Shown: piece by piece, positions 9,062 through 19,863 of the stretch | How the letters are laid out: each line of letters opens with the position of its first letter | Numbering within the stretch: the stretch's first letter is position 1 | From: an uncultured Desulfobacter sp. | Lineage (GTDB): Bacteria; Desulfobacterota; Desulfobacteria; Desulfobacterales; Desulfobacteraceae | Assembly: GCA_963665095.1 (NCBI GenBank) | Contig: OY762069.1 | Location: 4,256,001-4,320,000 of the forward strand | Direction of reading: 5' to 3' | Length of the DNA: 64,000 bases | Notes under the pieces: model-generated | What the model saw: only the letters and a program-made list of their open reading frames with translations | The model's database searches: none | Told to the model about the DNA's origin: nothing | Position numbers and translations under genes: made by a program

Positions 9062-11065
9062 CTATAACTCCAAAGCCTGCTTTACTATGTTCTCCACAGA
9101 AAAACCAAACTCCTTGAGCACGGTGCCGCCCGGGGCAGATGCGCCAAACCGGTCAATGCTGACAATTTGGCCCTTTTCACCGGCATACTTTTCCCATCCC
9201 ATGGAGATGCCGGCCTCAACCACCAGTCGTTTGGTGACCGCAGGCGGCAGGATTCTCTCCTTATAGGCAGGAAGCGCCTTATCAAACAGTTCCCAGGAGA
9301 GCAAAGAGACCACACTGGCCTTGATGTTGTGCTCTTTTTCCAGAATTTCTGCGGCAGCCACGCTGATATGGACTTCCGAACCCGTGGCAATAATCAGCAT
9401 ATCCGGGCTGCTACCCGCACGCCTGACCGTATATCCGCCCCAGACCATATCCCCATCTGACTGGGACTGGTCCAGGGTGGGCAGTTTCTGGCGGGAAAGA
9501 ATCAGGGCTGAGGGGCTGTCCATGGTGGTGAGGGCTTTTTTCCAGGCCAGGGCTGTCTCATTGGCATCAGCAGGACGGATAACGGTGAGCCCGGGGATGG
9601 CCCGCAGGGCAGCCACATGCTCAACAGGCTGATGGGTGGGACCGTCTTCCCCTACAGCCACGGAATCATGGGTGAACACGTAGATCATGGGCAGTTTCAT
9701 CAGTGCCGCCACCCGGATGGCCGGACGCATGTAATCGGCAAATACCAGAAAGGTGCCGCCAAAGGGGCGAACCCCGCCATGCAGGTACATACCGCTCATG
9801 ATGGCCCCCATGGCATGTTCCCGGATACCGAAACGGATATTTCTGCCGGACCATGCCCCATTCTGAAACTCCTCGGCGCAGTTCATGTAAGTTTTATTGG
9901 AAGGGGCCAGATCCGCAGACCCGCCCACCAGGGCCGGCAGGTTGGGAGCAATGGCATTGAGGATCTTACCGGAGGCCGCCCGCGTGGCAACAGCGCCCTC
10001 TTCAGGCTTGAACTCAGGAATATCCTTTTCCCAGCCCTGGGTCAGAAACCCTGATACAGCATCCACAAAGAGGTTGGCTTCTTCCGGATACAGGGTTTTA
10101 TACGCCCCGAACTCACCCTTCCAGGACGCTTCAAACTGTTGTCCAAAGGCCACAGCCTTGCGGGTATTTTCCAGAACTGCCTCTGGCACATGAAAATCCT
10201 TATCCTCAGGCAGGCCGTAGAATTTTTTTACCAGTTTGATCTCCTCTTCTCCCAGGGGTGAGCCATGGGCATCAGGGGAATCCTGTTTGTTGGGGCTGCC
10301 ATAGGCAATATGGGTGGAGACTTTGATGAGAGAGGGGCGTCCCACTGCATCTTTGGCTGCCAGGATCGCCTTTTCAATGGCGCACAGATCGTTGCCGTCC
10401 GCCACCTCCACCACATGCCAGTTCATGGCCTCGAATTTGGCTTTGGTGTTTTCAGTGAATGTGATACCGGTTTTACCTTCTATGGTAATGCCGTTGTCGT
10501 CATAGATAAGGATCAGACGGCCAAGTCCCAGATGCCCTGCCAGGGAAATTGACTCCAGGGCCACACCCTCCATAAGATCACCATCACCGCAGACCGCATA
10601 GGTATAATGGTTAATCAGCGGGTGCTCTTCGGTATTAAAGCGGCCAGCCAGATGGCGTTCCGCCATGGCCATGCCCACAGCATTGGCAACTCCCTGGCCA
10701 AGGGGGCCTGTGGTGGTTTCCACCCCCGGGGTATGCCCGAATTCAGGGTGGCCCGGGGTTTTTGAACCCCACTGCCTAAAATTTTTCAGATCATCCAGCT
10801 CAAGTCCGTAACCAAACAGGTACAAAAGCGCATACAGCAGAGAAGAGGCGTGGCCGCCGGACAGAACAAACCGGTCCCGGTCCACCCAGGAGGGATTCAC
10901 AGGATTGTGTTTTAAAAAATGCTTGAATACGACATAGGCGGCAGGGGCAAGGCCCATGGGAGCGCCTGGATGGCCGGAGTTGGCTTTTTGGACCATGTCC
11001 ATGCACAACGCACGGATGGTATTGACGGTAAGCTGGTCTTGGGTGTTGTTTTCGGCTTCAGCCAT
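9062..11065 (-). CDS. tkt: Transketolase
   Basis: [41 protein letters not shown]. Confidence 0.98.
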   Translation of the reverse strand: MAEAENNTQDQLTVNTIRALCMDMVQKANSGHPGAPMGLAPAAYVVFKHFLKHNPVNPSWVDRDRFVLSGGHASSLLYALLYLFGYGLELDDLKNFRQWGSKTPGHPEFGHTPGVETTTGPLGQGVANAVGMAMAERHLAGRFNTEEHPLINHYTYAVCGDGDLMEGVALESISLAGHLGLGRLILIYDDNGITIEGKTGITFTENTKAKFEAMNWHVVEVADGNDLCAIEKAILAAKDAVGRPSLIKVSTHIAYGSPNKQDSPDAHGSPLGEEEIKLVKKFYGLPEDKDFHVPEAVLENTRKAVAFGQQFEASWKGEFGAYKTLYPEEANLFVDAVSGFLTQGWEKDIPEFKPEEGAVATRAASGKILNAIAPNLPALVGGSADLAPSNKTYMNCAEEFQNGAWSGRNIRFGIREHAMGAIMSGMYLHGGVRPFGGTFLVFADYMRPAIRVAALMKLPMIYVFTHDSVAVGEDGPTHQPVEHVAALRAIPGLTVIRPADANETALAWKKALTTMDSPSALILSRQKLPTLDQSQSDGDMVWGGYTVRRAGSSPDMLIIATGSEVHISVAAAEILEKEHNIKASVVSLLSWELFDKALPAYKERILPPAVTKRLVVEAGISMGWEKYAGEKGQIVSIDRFGASAPGGTVLKEFGFSVENIVKQALEL

Positions 11066-11087
11066 GAATATTTCTCCTGTAATAAAA

Positions 11088-11957
11088 TTATAAAGCTCTC
11101 ATATGTTCGGGTTTTAAAGGAATTTTTCCGTCAAGGGCCTGTGATATCAGCGCCAGTGTTCTTTCCTTGTCCCTGGGAAGGCGTGCCCGTATAGGCAGGT
11201 AGTTTGAAGCATGGTTGGCGTGGAAAAGGCCGTCGGTCAGGTTGGTAGCGGCAATCATGGCGCCCAGCTCCGTCAGCATCTCCTCAGCACCCGGCAGCTC
11301 AAACGCGCCTTTTTCATACTGGTCATGAAGTTCGGTACCGGGTATAAGCATCAGACTTAACGCCCCGACAAAATCAGGGTCCATGGCAGAAAGCACCCGG
11401 CCGGTTTCCCGGGCATGGTCCAAGGAACCCTTTCGGCCGCCAAGCCCGAGCAGGACGGTAACGGACACTTTGATATCCGCCTTTTTAAGCTTTTTCCCCA
11501 TGGCTATCATTTTTTCAGCATCCGCGCCCTTATGAATCGCCTCAAGCACCTTGTCATCCCCGGACTCAAGCCCCATGTAGGCAATTTTAAGCCCAAGCTT
11601 GCGAAGCTGTGCCAGCTCCTCATCGGTTTTCATCTTGATACTTTTGGTATTGGCGTAAACGCCCACCCGCTCCACCCAGGGCAGCCGGTCCCGGACCCTT
11701 TCAAGGATGGGAACCAGGCGCCTCATGGGAATGATCAGGGCATCCCCGTCACACAGGAACAGGCGGTTCTGGCGCCGGCAGTATTTATGCGCAAACTCAA
11801 TATCCTCAAAAATGACATCATCCTTTTTAATATTGAACCGTTTGCCTCGAAAGGTCCCGCAAAAGGTGCATTTATTATGGGAGCAGCCCAATGTGACCTG
11901 GAGCAGTATACTGTCCGCCTCGCTGGGAGGCCTTATAACCATACCTTCGTAGTGCAT
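11088..11957 (-). CDS. Radical SAM protein, function unknown
   Basis: [19 protein letters not shown]ys motif, YMGLESG, NHASNY. Confidence 0.85.
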   Translation of the reverse strand: MHYEGMVIRPPSEADSILLQVTLGCSHNKCTFCGTFRGKRFNIKKDDVIFEDIEFAHKYCRRQNRLFLCDGDALIIPMRRLVPILERVRDRLPWVERVGVYANTKSIKMKTDEELAQLRKLGLKIAYMGLESGDDKVLEAIHKGADAEKMIAMGKKLKKADIKVSVTVLLGLGGRKGSLDHARETGRVLSAMDPDFVGALSLMLIPGTELHDQYEKGAFELPGAEEMLTELGAMIAATNLTDGLFHANHASNYLPIRARLPRDKERTLALISQALDGKIPLKPEHMRAL

Positions 11958-12235
11958 TGCGTATCCCCTTAAAAATTTAAGCCATTATATTTATCAGGTA
12001 TGATTTAAAAATTCAATGTATCAACCACTCCGAAGATCCCTCAACTGGGAAAAAAGAGGAACGTCAGTCCCGGACAGGGTTCTGTGTAGGGATTCGCTAC
12101 GACAAGCACCAGGCAGGAGGAATTTCCCATCCGGTACTGGTTTATCGGCGGCACCCTGGCTGACCGCCAGAAACGCAGGATTTTGAGGTTTTGCTGGAAG
12201 TTTTTCGATGGAATTACGGCAAGACAGCAGACAAG

Positions 12236-12463
12236 TTACAGGCGATTTTCCTGCAACCCGGACCGATACTCTTCGTAGGAAGGGATATCCAGACCCGGCC
12301 CGCCCGATGGGTATCCTTCTTTTAATGCCTGCTCCTGGGTGCTCATGTCATAAATCGCCCGGTAAAAATTGTCTGCCGTCATTAAATGTTTGTTTGTACA
12401 GCCTGCAGCAAAAAGCAGAAGGGCGGATATAAGACAGATTTTTAAAACAACGGGCATGTGCAT
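12236..12463 (-). CDS. Small putative lipoprotein
   Basis: Hydrophobic stretch ending LLFAAG-C; AAGGAGG RBS upstream. Confidence 0.6.
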   Translation of the reverse strand: MHMPVVLKICLISALLLFAAGCTNKHLMTADNFYRAIYDMSTQEQALKEGYPSGGPGLDIPSYEEYRSGLQENRL

Positions 12464-12565
12464 GTCGGGCCTCCTTTATGGATGGTCTTATGGCCTTAAA
12501 ATACTGCGCAACACGCCTCTGGTCAAGCTCTTATCCGGGACATGCCCACACCTTTTAACACCCCA

Positions 12566-13684
12566 TTACGCCAGAAACCAGTCCACGGGCCGCCGCAGGC
12601 TCACAGGGTCCGGATATTTGTTCACATATCCCACCCGGAGCATGAACTGCGGGATCATGTCCGCATCATGATGCTTTTTGATGGTGGTTTTGCCATGGGC
12701 CTCCTCCAGGGTCTGGGTCATGGGATGGATGGCAATCATCCGTTCTCTGGCCAGAAGGGCCATACGCTGGAAACGCCGGCCCGAGGCAATGAGGTCAGAG
12801 ACACTGGTTCCTTCACTGGTAATTACCAACCATCCGGCGCCTTCCTTTGACTGGGCGGCGGCCTTCTCAATGGCTTTTTCCCTGAACATCCTGCCTGTCA
12901 CATCCTCAGGGTTCATGAAATGGCGGGAGAAAAACCCTGCAAGACCTGTAATCTCCATGCCGTCCGGGGTCAGCCCGTCCCGGCACTTTATCACATCCCG
13001 GTCCGACAACCGGGTCCACAATCTGGCTTCTTCCATGGCCGCATCATTTTCAAACTGGATTTTAAAATTCTTTGCTGCTGCCCGGGCCATCTGTTGACCA
13101 TGACGGCTTCCTGCCGGGAAATAATAAAGCCGGTTGTCCGCAGCCTTTGAAAATGCTTTTAAATCCTCAGACTGCAACTGTTGGGAAAGCATGTGACTTT
13201 TTACAGTACGCCGGGACGACAGCCGTTCAAGGGGGATGTCGGCAGGCCTGGCTGAAACCAGGGATACCCTGGCAATATCAGCAGAAAACATGTCATGAGC
13301 CAGTATCTCCATCTCTGCTCGAAAACCGGCGGCAGCTGCAGCCTGGGACAGATTTTCAATAAAAGCACCCAGGGCCAGCATCACCTCCCGGTTCTCCTTG
13401 TCCACCACAGAAAGCCTTCGCCGGCTGTCCGCCCCGATTACCCACTCCCGGTCCGACAGACACCGGACATACCAGGGCTGGCTGTTGTGGCCGCTGGGGG
13501 CCAGAGAGGCATAATATAGGATTTGCCGGCTTTCCGGACTTAAGCCACTTTTAAAGGATTTAGACGCATCCTTTTCCATGAGCTCAGCCCTCAGATTCCG
13601 GGAACAGGCCGGCAGGGCAATGCCTCCACCGGCTGCCGCCAGTGTCACAGTAATACCTTTTGCCATAAATTCTCTTCGGTTCAT
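12566..13684 (-). CDS. Tat-exported Acg-type/nitroreductase-family FMN-binding protein
   Basis: MNRREFM twin-arginine signal, LPAC possible lipobox, LAPSGHNSQPW, C-terminal PQFMLRVGY...SLRRP. Confidence 0.82.
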   Translation of the reverse strand: MNRREFMAKGITVTLAAAGGGIALPACSRNLRAELMEKDASKSFKSGLSPESRQILYYASLAPSGHNSQPWYVRCLSDREWVIGADSRRRLSVVDKENREVMLALGAFIENLSQAAAAAGFRAEMEILAHDMFSADIARVSLVSARPADIPLERLSSRRTVKSHMLSQQLQSEDLKAFSKAADNRLYYFPAGSRHGQQMARAAAKNFKIQFENDAAMEEARLWTRLSDRDVIKCRDGLTPDGMEITGLAGFFSRHFMNPEDVTGRMFREKAIEKAAAQSKEGAGWLVITSEGTSVSDLIASGRRFQRMALLARERMIAIHPMTQTLEEAHGKTTIKKHHDADMIPQFMLRVGYVNKYPDPVSLRRPVDWFLA

Positions 13685-13696
13685 GATTCCCTCCAT

Positions 13697-13712
13697 GTCA
13701 CTTATTGGTGAC
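13697..13712. promoter_or_regulatory. Putative TetR operator 1
   Basis: GTCAC-TTATTG-GTGAC palindrome just upstream of the nitroreductase gene; same motif upstream of tetR. Confidence 0.6.
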
Positions 13713-13730
13713 TTTTTAAGCCAAAAAAAT

Positions 13731-14363
13731 TTATCCCCGGTTTCTTACCAGGAACCCCTTGATCATATCATCAATGCTGCTTTGTATCCGCTGCCATCCT
13801 TCGTCCTGGTCAAGACGGATACCTCCGTATATGTCAATGTGTCCTGCTCTTACGGCCAGATAGCTTAACGCCGCCCCCACCAGCATAACCATGGCCTGCA
13901 AATCCCCTTTATCCCGGTCCTTTGAAAAAAACATGGAGAAAAACTCCATGATGCGCCGTTCTCTGACCTCTTCCAGGGACCGCGTCAGCTCGTTTTGCTC
14001 CACCATTTCCCAGGCCATGATCGCCAGGGTCAAAGGCCGCTTGCGGATTCCTTCAATAAAGTTGCCTGCCATCCCGGAAAGCCGCTGGTCAAGGGGGAGG
14101 TCTGCAAAGACCTGGATGTCGCCACCGGCAAGTTCCAAAGTGGAGGGCCAGAAATCCCCCTCATTGCCAAAGGCGGCAATGAGCCCTGGAAGCCCCTCAA
14201 AATACCGGTAAATCAGCTTTTTATCCACCCCTGCTTCCCGGGCTACAGCATTGATACCAATGCCTTTAAACCCCTCCCGGGCCAGCAGACTCCCCACAGC
14301 AGCAATGAGCCTGCGGCTGGTGATTTGCCTGTCACGAATTTTTACAGGTTCTTTTTTTACCAT
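13731..14363 (-). CDS. TetR/AcrR family regulator
   Basis: GFKGIGINAVAREAGVDKKLIYRYF HTH. Confidence 0.93.
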   Translation of the reverse strand: MVKKEPVKIRDRQITSRRLIAAVGSLLAREGFKGIGINAVAREAGVDKKLIYRYFEGLPGLIAAFGNEGDFWPSTLELAGGDIQVFADLPLDQRLSGMAGNFIEGIRKRPLTLAIMAWEMVEQNELTRSLEEVRERRIMEFFSMFFSKDRDKGDLQAMVMLVGAALSYLAVRAGHIDIYGGIRLDQDEGWQRIQSSIDDMIKGFLVRNRG

Positions 14364-14373
14364 AGTCACTCAT

Positions 14374-14389
14374 ATCACCAGATGGTGAC
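14374..14389. promoter_or_regulatory. Putative TetR operator 2 (autoregulation)
   Basis: aTCACCA-GA-TGGTGAc palindrome just downstream of a minus-strand TTGACT hexamer. Confidence 0.65.
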
Positions 14390-14684
14390 ATAAGTCAAAT
14401 TAAAAACTGTCTGATAAATTACTTACCGAAGAGAGCACCACCACGCTATGCAGACCTATTTCCCGACAGCCCGGAATTGATGACCTCAAGACCAGTCATC
14501 TCCGCCAACCGGGTCGGATAATCCTCTCCTTCATACTTAAGTCCATTCATTTCGGGGTTTCCCCTATAATATCAATAGAAAAGATTGTCCTTTTGCTTTC
14601 ATCTTAAAAAAAGTCACGCTATTCTATCGGATCGACTATCATACGATTGGTAAACCAGGCACCCGAAAGGAGGCGGCACAAAGC

Positions 14685-15602
14685 ATGAGCATATCGTATC
14701 CTGGTTCTGCCAATGTGATTTACAATGGCATAGGCCTGACGCTGCTGGCCACCTTTTGTATCGTTTTGATGAACACCTGCGCCAAAATGGTCAGCACGGG
14801 GTACGGCGCGGTGGAGATGATTTTTTACCGGGGAATCGTGGCGCTGGCACTGCTGGTACCCTACATGCTGGCCACCCAGCCCATGACCGTTTTCAAAACC
14901 CGCCGCATTGGCGCCCATGTCTATCGCTCCGTGATCGGCAACATCGGTGTGGGCCTGGTTTTCCAGGCATACGCGCTTCTGCCTATGGCCAACACCACGG
15001 CCCTTTTGTTTGCCGCGCCATTGTTTGTGACTGCGTTATCTCCCTTGCTCCTAAAGGAGCGGGTGGATGCAGGACGATGGGCCGCCGTTGTGGTGGGGTT
15101 CGCGGGAATTCTTCTGATTGCCAGGCCATCAGCAGGCCTTCTATCCGATCCGGTGTCCTTGGTGGGACTGGGCGCCGCATTATGCATTGCCCTGGTGGAT
15201 ATGGCCCTGCGCAATCTGGGCAGCTCCGAGAATCCGCTGACAACTGTGTTTTACTTTATTCTTGGCGGCGTGCTTCTTTCAGCGCCATATGCGCTCCCCC
15301 GCTTCCATCTTCCCCAGGACCATCTGCTTTCCTGGCTGCTGGGCATTGGCGTATTCGCGGCCATCCAGCAGGTGGCTAAAACAGCTGCATTTCGACATTG
15401 CGAAGCTTCTTTTCTGGCACCTTACAGCTATTCGTCCATGGTCTGGGCGATTCTGTTCGGCTGGCTGCTGTGGGGAGAGGTGCTCACGCTGTCGGTAATC
15501 CTGGGTACCGCGGTGGTGATCGCCAGCAACCTGTTTATTCTTCGAAGAGCCCGGCGTCATGGGTACAAACCAGCCCTCCGGCGACCTGGAAAGTCAGATT
15601 GA
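14685..15602 (+). CDS. DMT/EamA family transporter
   Basis: 305 aa, about 10 TM, two EamA repeats (LLKERV...GFAGILLIARP; LLWGE). Confidence 0.9.
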   Translation: MSISYPGSANVIYNGIGLTLLATFCIVLMNTCAKMVSTGYGAVEMIFYRGIVALALLVPYMLATQPMTVFKTRRIGAHVYRSVIGNIGVGLVFQAYALLPMANTTALLFAAPLFVTALSPLLLKERVDAGRWAAVVVGFAGILLIARPSAGLLSDPVSLVGLGAALCIALVDMALRNLGSSENPLTTVFYFILGGVLLSAPYALPRFHLPQDHLLSWLLGIGVFAAIQQVAKTAAFRHCEASFLAPYSYSSMVWAILFGWLLWGEVLTLSVILGTAVVIASNLFILRRARRHGYKPALRRPGKSD

Positions 15603-15871
15603 AAAGAAATAGGCTGGTTGGCAAGGGGACCATAGGTCCAGGGGGCATTTCACTTACGCGCGACAGCCGTAAAACAAAGCCCCATTTTTTCTTGATTGAA
15701 AGACTATAAAAGCTTATTATTCTTTTTTAAAACCTATGAATTTTCGAACTTTATCGTAATAAATTAAGTGTGTCCGTAAATAGAGCCGGACAAGGAAAAC
15801 TGATCAAGCATTCATAATTTGGCAGAGTTTTCCCCTTCACAATCTTATCTTTAATATGAGAGGAAAGCCAA

Positions 15872-17197
15872 ATGGGACATATAGTAGACACATCTATTGA
15901 CCGGTTAATTAAAATTGTTCAAGAGGGTGGCAGTGTCAGAACCGGTATTGATATCTACAACTCAAAAAAAGAAAAAATCATTGAAAGGACAAGCATCATC
16001 AAAGATGCTGATATTCTGTTGAAATTGAAGGGGGATGGAATTCACATGCTGCCCATCAGCCGTCAGTTGGGAGGCGGCACCTGGGATAAGGATGGCGTGG
16101 AATTAAAGCTTACGCATAAGGTTAGCGCCCCGCCGGTTGCAGAAGCCCAGCCCCAGCCAACAGAACTGCCAAGCGTAGACAAAAAAATAGAAAAAATCAA
16201 TCAAATCAAAGAAGAGGCTGCGGTCAAGTTTGAGAAGGCCAAGGAGAATATAAAAAAGGTCATCTTAGATATTAAAAATACGGGTGGAGAGTTTGACTAT
16301 AACCAGGTGGAAGATACTGTTACAGAGTTACTGGATTTCATGAATACCGAGGAGAGCGCGTTTTCCCTGTTAACCCGTGAAATATTCAGTTACGACGACT
16401 ATCTTTATAACCATTGCATCAATGTGTGTACCATCGGCACTCCGGTAATCAAGCATTTCATTGATCATTACGGAGAACAGTTCGGGATGACCGACCCGGA
16501 AAAAATTAAAGATATTTCCATTGGCTATTTTATGCACGATGCAGGGAAAGTTCTGGTCCCCGACGAGATATTAAATAAAAAAGGCCCGTTGACGGATGAA
16601 GAATTTGAAGTCGTAAAAACCCATTCATATAAACTGGGTATGCAGGTCCTGGAAAAAAATCACCTCGAGAACCCCTTTATCGTTGATTCTGTGAGATGGC
16701 ACCATGCCCTTATGTTTAGGGATGAAGGCCGGTGTTACCCCAATGATGTGCAGCCAGAAGCGATTCCTCCTTATGTGAAAGTCTGCAAGTTAGCCGATAT
16801 CTATGATGCCCTGACATCTGTCAGGTGCTATAAAAAAGCGTTTAATCCCATCGAAGTGGTCACGGATCTATTTGGCAAATATTCAAAAAAAAGCAAGCTT
16901 GTAAAAAAGGTGCTGCTTTCTTTCGTCAGTGTGGTGGGAATATACCCCCCGGGAAGTGTGGTTTTTTTGACCAACGGCCAGATGGCCTATCTGATTGATG
17001 CCAAAGGCCCCATCGTATTGATTTTCAGTAATGAGCAAGGGGTGCCGTTGAAACGTCAACCAGACCCCATGGACCTTTCAGATCCCAAGCATGAGGCCGC
17101 AGGACTGGCAATTGATCATAAGCGCCCCATGGCCACGCCGGTGGATGTGTATAATAAGCTTCCCACAGACTTAAGAGAGATGATTTTTTCCAAATAG
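15872..17197 (+). CDS. HD-GYP-type phosphodiesterase (GYP reads CYP)
   Basis: YNHCINV, HDAGK, ILNKKGPLTDEEF, HH, ADIYDALTSVRCYKK, GIYPPGS. Confidence 0.85.
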   Translation: MGHIVDTSIDRLIKIVQEGGSVRTGIDIYNSKKEKIIERTSIIKDADILLKLKGDGIHMLPISRQLGGGTWDKDGVELKLTHKVSAPPVAEAQPQPTELPSVDKKIEKINQIKEEAAVKFEKAKENIKKVILDIKNTGGEFDYNQVEDTVTELLDFMNTEESAFSLLTREIFSYDDYLYNHCINVCTIGTPVIKHFIDHYGEQFGMTDPEKIKDISIGYFMHDAGKVLVPDEILNKKGPLTDEEFEVVKTHSYKLGMQVLEKNHLENPFIVDSVRWHHALMFRDEGRCYPNDVQPEAIPPYVKVCKLADIYDALTSVRCYKKAFNPIEVVTDLFGKYSKKSKLVKKVLLSFVSVVGIYPPGSVVFLTNGQMAYLIDAKGPIVLIFSNEQGVPLKRQPDPMDLSDPKHEAAGLAIDHKRPMATPVDVYNKLPTDLREMIFSK

Positions 17198-17356
17198 GCA
17201 CCCAGCGATCTTTATCCATTGTAAACCGCTTGCTGCAAACCCGGTATTCCGTATCTTCCGGCAGCTATCCGGCAGATACGGATTGCCTGATCGTTTTGTC
17301 CCTGCCGCAGGTAAATGCCTGCCAGTCTGACAACGAGATACAGGTAAATCATCCCC

Positions 17357-17426
17357 TGAAATAATTGGGGTCAGAGTAAAATTAAATTGCGCGCAATTTA
17401 ATTTTACTCTGACCCCAATTATTTCA
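17357..17426. repeat. Perfect 70-bp palindrome, repeat family B
   Basis: TGAAATAATTGGGGTCAGAGTAAAATTAAATTGCG followed by its exact reverse complement; second copy at 34632-34688. Confidence 0.92.
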
Positions 17427-17473
17427 TTTATTTTGCTATTTCGCCTGCCGGCTCTGTGGTATGAATATTTGCT

Positions 17474-18511
17474 ATGGAAGAGATGATAGATATACTTGGT
17501 CTGCCTCTGGACCGCCTGGAACAGGTTATGCGGAAAAGGTACGGCAAAGGACCTTTCCATGCCCATGCCCTGTACCGGGAAGTGTTTAAAAAAGGCGGGG
17601 CAGATATTGGGACCGCCCCGGAATTCAAAGCGTCCCCCAAGCTGTGGACCGCACTGAAAAAAGAGATAGTTCTGGCTCCGGGCCAGGTGGAAAAATCTAT
17701 TGAAGACGAGGAGCTGGTCAAATTCATTACCCGGCTGGCCGACGGACTGACCATTGAATCCGTGGTGATCCCCATGACCCGGCATAACACCTTGTGCATA
17801 TCCAGCCAGGTGGGGTGCAAAATGGGGTGCAAATTCTGCCAGACCGCCCGCATGGGGTTCAAACGCAGCCTGTCTGCCGCAGAAATTGTGGGCCAGGTGT
17901 TCAATGCCCGGTTCTGCCTGGGTCATGACATAAAAAATGTTGTTTTTATGGGCATGGGGGAACCCTTTGACAATTTTGACGAGGTAATGACGGCCGTCAG
18001 GGTACTCAACAGCCAGAAGGGATGCGACATTGCACTGCGTCACATGACCATCTCCACCTGCGGTGTGTCACCGGGAATTGAGCGTCTGGCCGGGATGCAT
18101 CTGCACAATATCCGCCTGGCAGTTTCCATCAATGCCCCTGATGATCTAACCCGCTCCACCCTGATGCCTGTAAACCGGCGCTGGCCCCTGGCTGAATTAA
18201 AAAAGAGCCTTTCCGCATATCCATTGCCCCCGAGGGGCGTCTTCCTATTTGAATACATTCTCATAAAAGGGGTTAATGACTCAAAGGCCCATGCCGAAAA
18301 GCTGGCCCGGTTCATCCATCCCTTGCCCGTGCGCCTGAACCTTATTCCCTACAACCCAGTGACAGGCTTTGACCACCAGAGTCCCAGTGATGAGCAGATG
18401 CATGAGTTTGCACAGATTCTTACCGATAAAGGGGTGTTTGTAATCAAGAGATGGAGCAAGGGCCGGTCCGTCAGCGCAGGATGTGGCCAGCTTGGTACCC
18501 CACCGGGGTAA
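17474..18511 (+). CDS. rlmN: RlmN-family radical SAM RNA methyltransferase
   Basis: LCISSQVGCKMGCKFC, MGMGEP, EYILIKGVND, NLIPYN, GCGQL. Confidence 0.88.
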   Translation: MEEMIDILGLPLDRLEQVMRKRYGKGPFHAHALYREVFKKGGADIGTAPEFKASPKLWTALKKEIVLAPGQVEKSIEDEELVKFITRLADGLTIESVVIPMTRHNTLCISSQVGCKMGCKFCQTARMGFKRSLSAAEIVGQVFNARFCLGHDIKNVVFMGMGEPFDNFDEVMTAVRVLNSQKGCDIALRHMTISTCGVSPGIERLAGMHLHNIRLAVSINAPDDLTRSTLMPVNRRWPLAELKKSLSAYPLPPRGVFLFEYILIKGVNDSKAHAEKLARFIHPLPVRLNLIPYNPVTGFDHQSPSDEQMHEFAQILTDKGVFVIKRWSKGRSVSAGCGQLGTPPG

Positions 18512-18626
18512 TCAAATTATTGCGATTATGTAACTTAGTCGCCCATAGCCAGCCTGTTGACAAGCTACGGATTTTATGAGATAAGTTGCTCTTCCACACC
18601 CCACAAAAGGAGTAAAAGTTAGGGAG

Positions 18627-19661
18627 ATGAATTATACCGAATCCAGCCCCCAGGCTGGAGAATTTTTAAGATTGACCTTAGGCTTTCTGGCCAAGTACAA
18701 CCTTGCAGCAACCCCTGTGAATTATACCGTATGGTATGAGTACGCATCCGGAAAAAATCAAAAATTAAAGCAGGCTATTGAAAGAATCATTGAAAACAAC
18801 CTGCCCCTGAATAACAAACGGGTAGAGGCCCTTTACCAGAAATTCATTTCTGACGGAGACAGGGTGGTTATCTCACGGCTTTTGACCAAGCTGAATCTGA
18901 TGCTGCGTGAGATCAGCACCCATGTGATAGAAACTGAAGGAGACCTGTCTACCCATGGACAGGCCCTTGACAGTCTGGCCGTTCAAATGAAAGATGTCCA
19001 TGACTATGACGGCGTAAAAGGCATCATCGACCAGCTGCTGGATACTACTAAAGCCATTATCAAGTCCGGTTCCCGGCTTCAGACCCGGATGAAAGTGTCA
19101 TCTGAGGACCTTAAGCAGCTCCACAGGGAACTTGAAATATCCCAACAGGAAGCACGGACAGATGCCCTGACCGGCCTTACCAATCGCAGGGGACTTGAAA
19201 AAAGGCTCGAACTGGAGCGCATCAGGGCCCGGCAGAACAACGCATTTTTCAGCGTCATCATGATTGATATTGACCACTTTAAAACTGTAAACGATACATT
19301 CGGCCATCTTGTGGGCGACAGCCTGCTAAAAGGCTTCGCCGCTGTGCTTACCAGCCAGGTGCGGCGAAAGGATCTTGCCACAAGATACGGGGGGGAAGAA
19401 TTTCTGATCATCCTGCCTGAAACGGATGTTGAGGGGGCCTATGCTGTGGCGGAAAAAATCAGGTCTACGCTGAGCACAAAAGAGTGGACCATTAAGGAAA
19501 CCGGCAAACGCATCGGTCAGATTAAGGCATCCATGGGGATTTCCCAATATAGTCTGACGGAAACCGGCAATCAGGTCATTAACCGGGCGGATGAAGCCCT
19601 GTACCATGCCAAATCCACAGGGCGGGACCGGATTGTTATCCATTCGGAGTTAAGAGAATAA
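18627..19661 (+). CDS. Diguanylate cyclase
   Basis: DALTGLTNRR, DIDHFKTVNDTFGH, RxxD I-site (RRKD), GGEEF. Confidence 0.95.
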   Translation: MNYTESSPQAGEFLRLTLGFLAKYNLAATPVNYTVWYEYASGKNQKLKQAIERIIENNLPLNNKRVEALYQKFISDGDRVVISRLLTKLNLMLREISTHVIETEGDLSTHGQALDSLAVQMKDVHDYDGVKGIIDQLLDTTKAIIKSGSRLQTRMKVSSEDLKQLHRELEISQQEARTDALTGLTNRRGLEKRLELERIRARQNNAFFSVIMIDIDHFKTVNDTFGHLVGDSLLKGFAAVLTSQVRRKDLATRYGGEEFLIILPETDVEGAYAVAEKIRSTLSTKEWTIKETGKRIGQIKASMGISQYSLTETGNQVINRADEALYHAKSTGRDRIVIHSELRE

Positions 19662-19692
19662 TGCCTTAAAATTATCCGACAACAACCCATTG

Positions 19693-19729
19693 AAGAGGAG
19701 TTAGCCAAAGGTTAACTCCTCTTTTTTTT
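19693..19729 (+). terminator. Rho-independent terminator
   Basis: AAGAGGAGTTAGCC-AAA-GGTTAACTCCTCTT plus T run after the GGDEF gene. Confidence 0.85.
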
Positions 19730-19807
19730 GGCTCAGGGTATGGACCGGCCAGGAACAACAGCACCACTGAAAAACGCCTTGACATCTAAAAACAACCATG
19801 CCTAATA

Positions 19808-19822
19808 GAGAACAGTGTTCTC
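19808..19822. promoter_or_regulatory. Putative operator upstream of the acyl-CoA ligase operon
   Basis: GAGAACA-G-TGTTCTC palindrome downstream of TTGACA (19779-19784). Confidence 0.55.
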
Positions 19823-19863
19823 ATTGTTTTTACAGAAAAAACATTAAATTTTTAGGAGGAATT

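Noticed and set aside
12030..12190. Possible IS end or transposase tail (..APWLTARNAGF-stop, TTTTGAGG), with CCTCAAG near 14484
   Set aside because: Too short to assign without an ISfinder search; no transposase motif or target duplication seen
17171..18043. 290-aa minus-strand ORF
   Set aside because: Antisense shadow of rlmN that reads through the palindrome; no recognisable motifs
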